Shown: positions 60,845 to 64,000 of the stretch, in pieces | How the letters are laid out: each line of letters begins with the position of its first letter | How positions within the stretch are numbered: the stretch's first letter is position 1 | From: the human T2T-CHM13v2.0 reference genome, Homo sapiens | DNA length: 64,000 nt | Assembly (NCBI RefSeq): GCF_009914755.1 | Contig: NC_060938.1 | Reading direction: 5' to 3' (one strand) | Position numbers and translations under genes: made by a program | The notes under the pieces: generated by a model | The model's input: the letters and a program-made list of their open reading frames with translations, nothing else | Database searches by the model: none | Told to the model about the DNA's origin: nothing

Positions 60845-60924
60845 GCCCCTATGCCAAATAACATATTATTAGTAGAAGTTACTCAGAGAAATGCCGTATA
60901 CTAATACGTGTTACAAGGTGAGTG

Positions 60925-61146
60925 TAGGTTGAGTATCCTTTATTCAAAATCCTTGAGACCAGAAGTGTTTTGGATTTGGGTTTTTTTTCCCCAGATTTTG
61001 GAATGTTTGCATTATACCAATTATGCATTCGAAATCCAAAAATCAGAAATGCCCTACTAAGCATCTCCTTTGGGCATCATGTTGGCACTTAAAAAGTTTC
61101 AGCTTTTGGAGAATTTTGGATATTCAGATTTGTGATGCCTAACCTG
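60925..61146. mobile_element. Tigger4/MER46-type MITE
   Basis: TIR-like aggttgagtatcc...gatgcctaacctg. Confidence 0.75.
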
Positions 61147-62141
61147 TAGTATGTAGAACAAGCAGTGGTTTTGGTATACAGAGAGAAGAGATACTCAGCT
61201 AGACCAAACTGCTCTGCAAAATTTTCAGAAATGTCTTAAAAGTTATTTAAAGTTACCAATTAGGGAAGGGGGGAGAGGACATCATCCTAGGCAAAGGAGA
61301 GAGCATGAGCTCAGTGGTACCCAGCAAGAAAAACACAGAATGTATTTACAGGGTGTGAGGTTGACAGTTCTGAAGGACATTTGGTAATTTGAAGAGATGT
61401 TAAATGTTACAGATAAAATACACATAGCTTAGTTAATATTCCTTCTGAAACTTTTTATACATACGCAAACCATATACAGCCATCTATATATATAGGTGTG
61501 TGTACTCTTTTTTTTGGATACAAATGGAATCAGTAGGGTGTTTATTTTTCAGTATATCATGGGCAGCTTTCCATGTTTCTACAATAATAACACTTCAGGT
61601 ACTGCACTGTTTGGAATATAATCATAGATGATTTCATCAAATGAATGAAAACATTTAAACAAAACTTTACAAAAGACCCAGAAATACTAAAAGGGAAATG
61701 AATAGGGATACTAACATTCAGACAGATAATCTGGTTTATAAAATATCTTTACTTTCCTTCCCAGCAAGCCACCCTACCTTGTTTCCAAGTTATCTCAGTA
61801 GAGCCAGAAGGGCCAACTTTTACCTAACTCCTTGGGGAAATTTCAGGCACATCCACATTCTTCAAAATCCAGTCTATCCCTCCAAGTTCATTTTCCTGTC
61901 TGATGGCATCTTCCATAGATAACTTGTGTCAGAATGCTTATCCCCTCCCACAAGAGTGTGACCTTCCTTACCCATTGGCTTCTATAAGACAATTACAGTG
62001 GAATATCGTACACTGAGCCTGACGTCAGTGCAGGCGACAAGCTCGTACGGAGGGGAAGGAGGCACTCTTTCCATTCCCTGAGATTGACCTGTAGACCACT
62101 AAGGTTCGATTTGGCCCTGTAGTTCTGTTATTTTGTGAGTA

Positions 62142-62473
62142 TAGTCATCCCTTGGTATCTGTGAAGAATAGGTTCCAGGACCTCCCTCATATACCAAAAT
62201 CCAAGGATGTTCAAGTCTCTGATATAAAATGGTATCATATATGCGTATAACCTACACACTTCCTCCCTGTACTTTAAATCATCTCTAGATTACTTAAAAT
62301 ACCTAATACTATGTAAATGCTATATAAATAGCTATACTTTATTATTTAGGGAATAATAATGGGAAAAAAATCTGTACATGTTCAGTACAGATACAGTTAT
62401 TTTCCTGACTATTTTCTGTCTGTGGTTGGTTGAATCCATGAATGCAGAACCCACAGACACGGAGGGCCAGCTG
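62142..62473. mobile_element. MER2 (Tigger-family MITE)
   Basis: agtcatcccttggtatc...ttccaggacctccc...cacggagggccagctg with TA flanks. Confidence 0.8.
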
Positions 62474-63066
62474 TACTTGCAGGGCTGTCATGTGAGTTAA
62501 AGCTGTGATTCATTCTATGCGGAACTAAGACCAATGACTGGAAGATGTAAGAAGATAGATGTTTACAATTTTAAAAACTCCATAGAGGTATAACAAAGAG
62601 GTGATCTAAGGTACTAATTCTTAAAGGTGACCCCCAAACTTTGCATGCTGCCCCAAATTTCTCTCCAGAATTGATATTGGTTAGGTAGAACTGACTAGAG
62701 GAAAGATTATTTTTAAACTGACTGGAAGAAAGGCTATTTTAAGATGGCTTTAAATTTAATTTTTCCTTTCTAGCCTAACATGATCCACAAAGTAATACTT
62801 TGCTAGCTGGTTTTGTGTAGGGTAACTGTTTTTCAGAATAAGTTGCAAGGAATAGGGAAAAGTTGAACTGAAGATAACCTATATTATTTTATACTTAGAT
62901 TTATATGGCTATTGAATAAAAGTAGCCTAAATTGATTTGAGTTGAAAGTATTGGCATTTTGAACGTTCTGTTGACCTCAGAATTTAAATATGTGAGTTAA
63001 AGTCTAATTCCAAAGGTTAGATTATAAATTAATAAAGAATATGATTTTTAAAAAAATAAAAAACAA

Positions 63067-63357
63067 GGCTGAGCACAGTGGCTCATGCCTGTAATCCCAG
63101 CACTTTGGGAGGCAAGGCAGGAGGAACACTTGAGCCCAGATACCCAAGACCAGCCTGGATAATATGGCAAAACCCCATCTCTACAAAAAATAAAAAATTA
63201 GCCAGGCATAGGGGCATGTGCCTATAGTCCCAGCTACTCAGGAGGCTAAGGTGGGAGGATCACTTTGAGCTTGGGAGGTCAAGGCTGCAGTGAGCTGTGA
63301 TCACAGTACACTCCAGCTTGGGTGACAGAGTGATACCCTCTCTCAAAAAATAAAATA
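63067..63357 (+). mobile_element. AluJ
   Basis: Divergent dimeric Alu with gtcaaggctgcagtgagc. Confidence 0.9.
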
Positions 63358-63592
63358 ACTGAGCATATTGGTTTTGTTTATAAAAACTAGCAACTTAGTG
63401 TCAAGTATGTGCCAGAAAGGGGTCTGAGAAGTACAGTTATAAATCCTACCCTTGAAGGAAGTGAGGAGATGAAATAGTAATGTGAGGTTTTTCCTCATAG
63501 GTTTTAAATGACATTTTCAAACAGTGACTTTTTTTAATTTTTATTTTTTAGAAACTGCTGTGTTACAGAAAAGCATGTGACTTTCAGAATAA

Positions 63593-64000
<408 letters not shown>

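Overview
Primate, most likely human, genomic DNA that is AT-rich and dominated by repeats. It holds the 3' end of LRRC9 on the + strand (exons at 8690-8830, 13496-13640, a candidate 169-nt cassette exon at 17629-17797, and the terminal exon from 18942), about 27 kb of intergenic sequence, the CpG-island promoter and first exon of PCNX4 (~47.6-48.4 kb), its ~15 kb first intron, and the start of the PCNX4 coding exon (ATG at 63605, running off the window). Gene names come from my recall of the proteins and of the LRRC9-PCNX4 gene order on human 14q23, not from a search. Almost every ORF in the supplied track is a broken L1, Alu, Tigger or ERV fragment or a chance ORF, and the track misses the real exons. 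I see no new protein-coding system. The best leads are: (1) an LRRC9 cassette exon that switches the reading frame of the last exon and sits between an inverted Alu pair; (2) a full-length L1 with an internal inversion, a junction hairpin and a templated insertion; (3) a clean antisense exon inside LRRC9, plus minus-strand splice donors at the PCNX4 promoter; (4) uORFs in the PCNX4 leader; (5) a very young AluYc-type insertion; (6) an L1-in-L1 replacement that forms a ~1.75 kb inverted repeat. Repeat boundaries and subfamilies were read by eye and are approximate.
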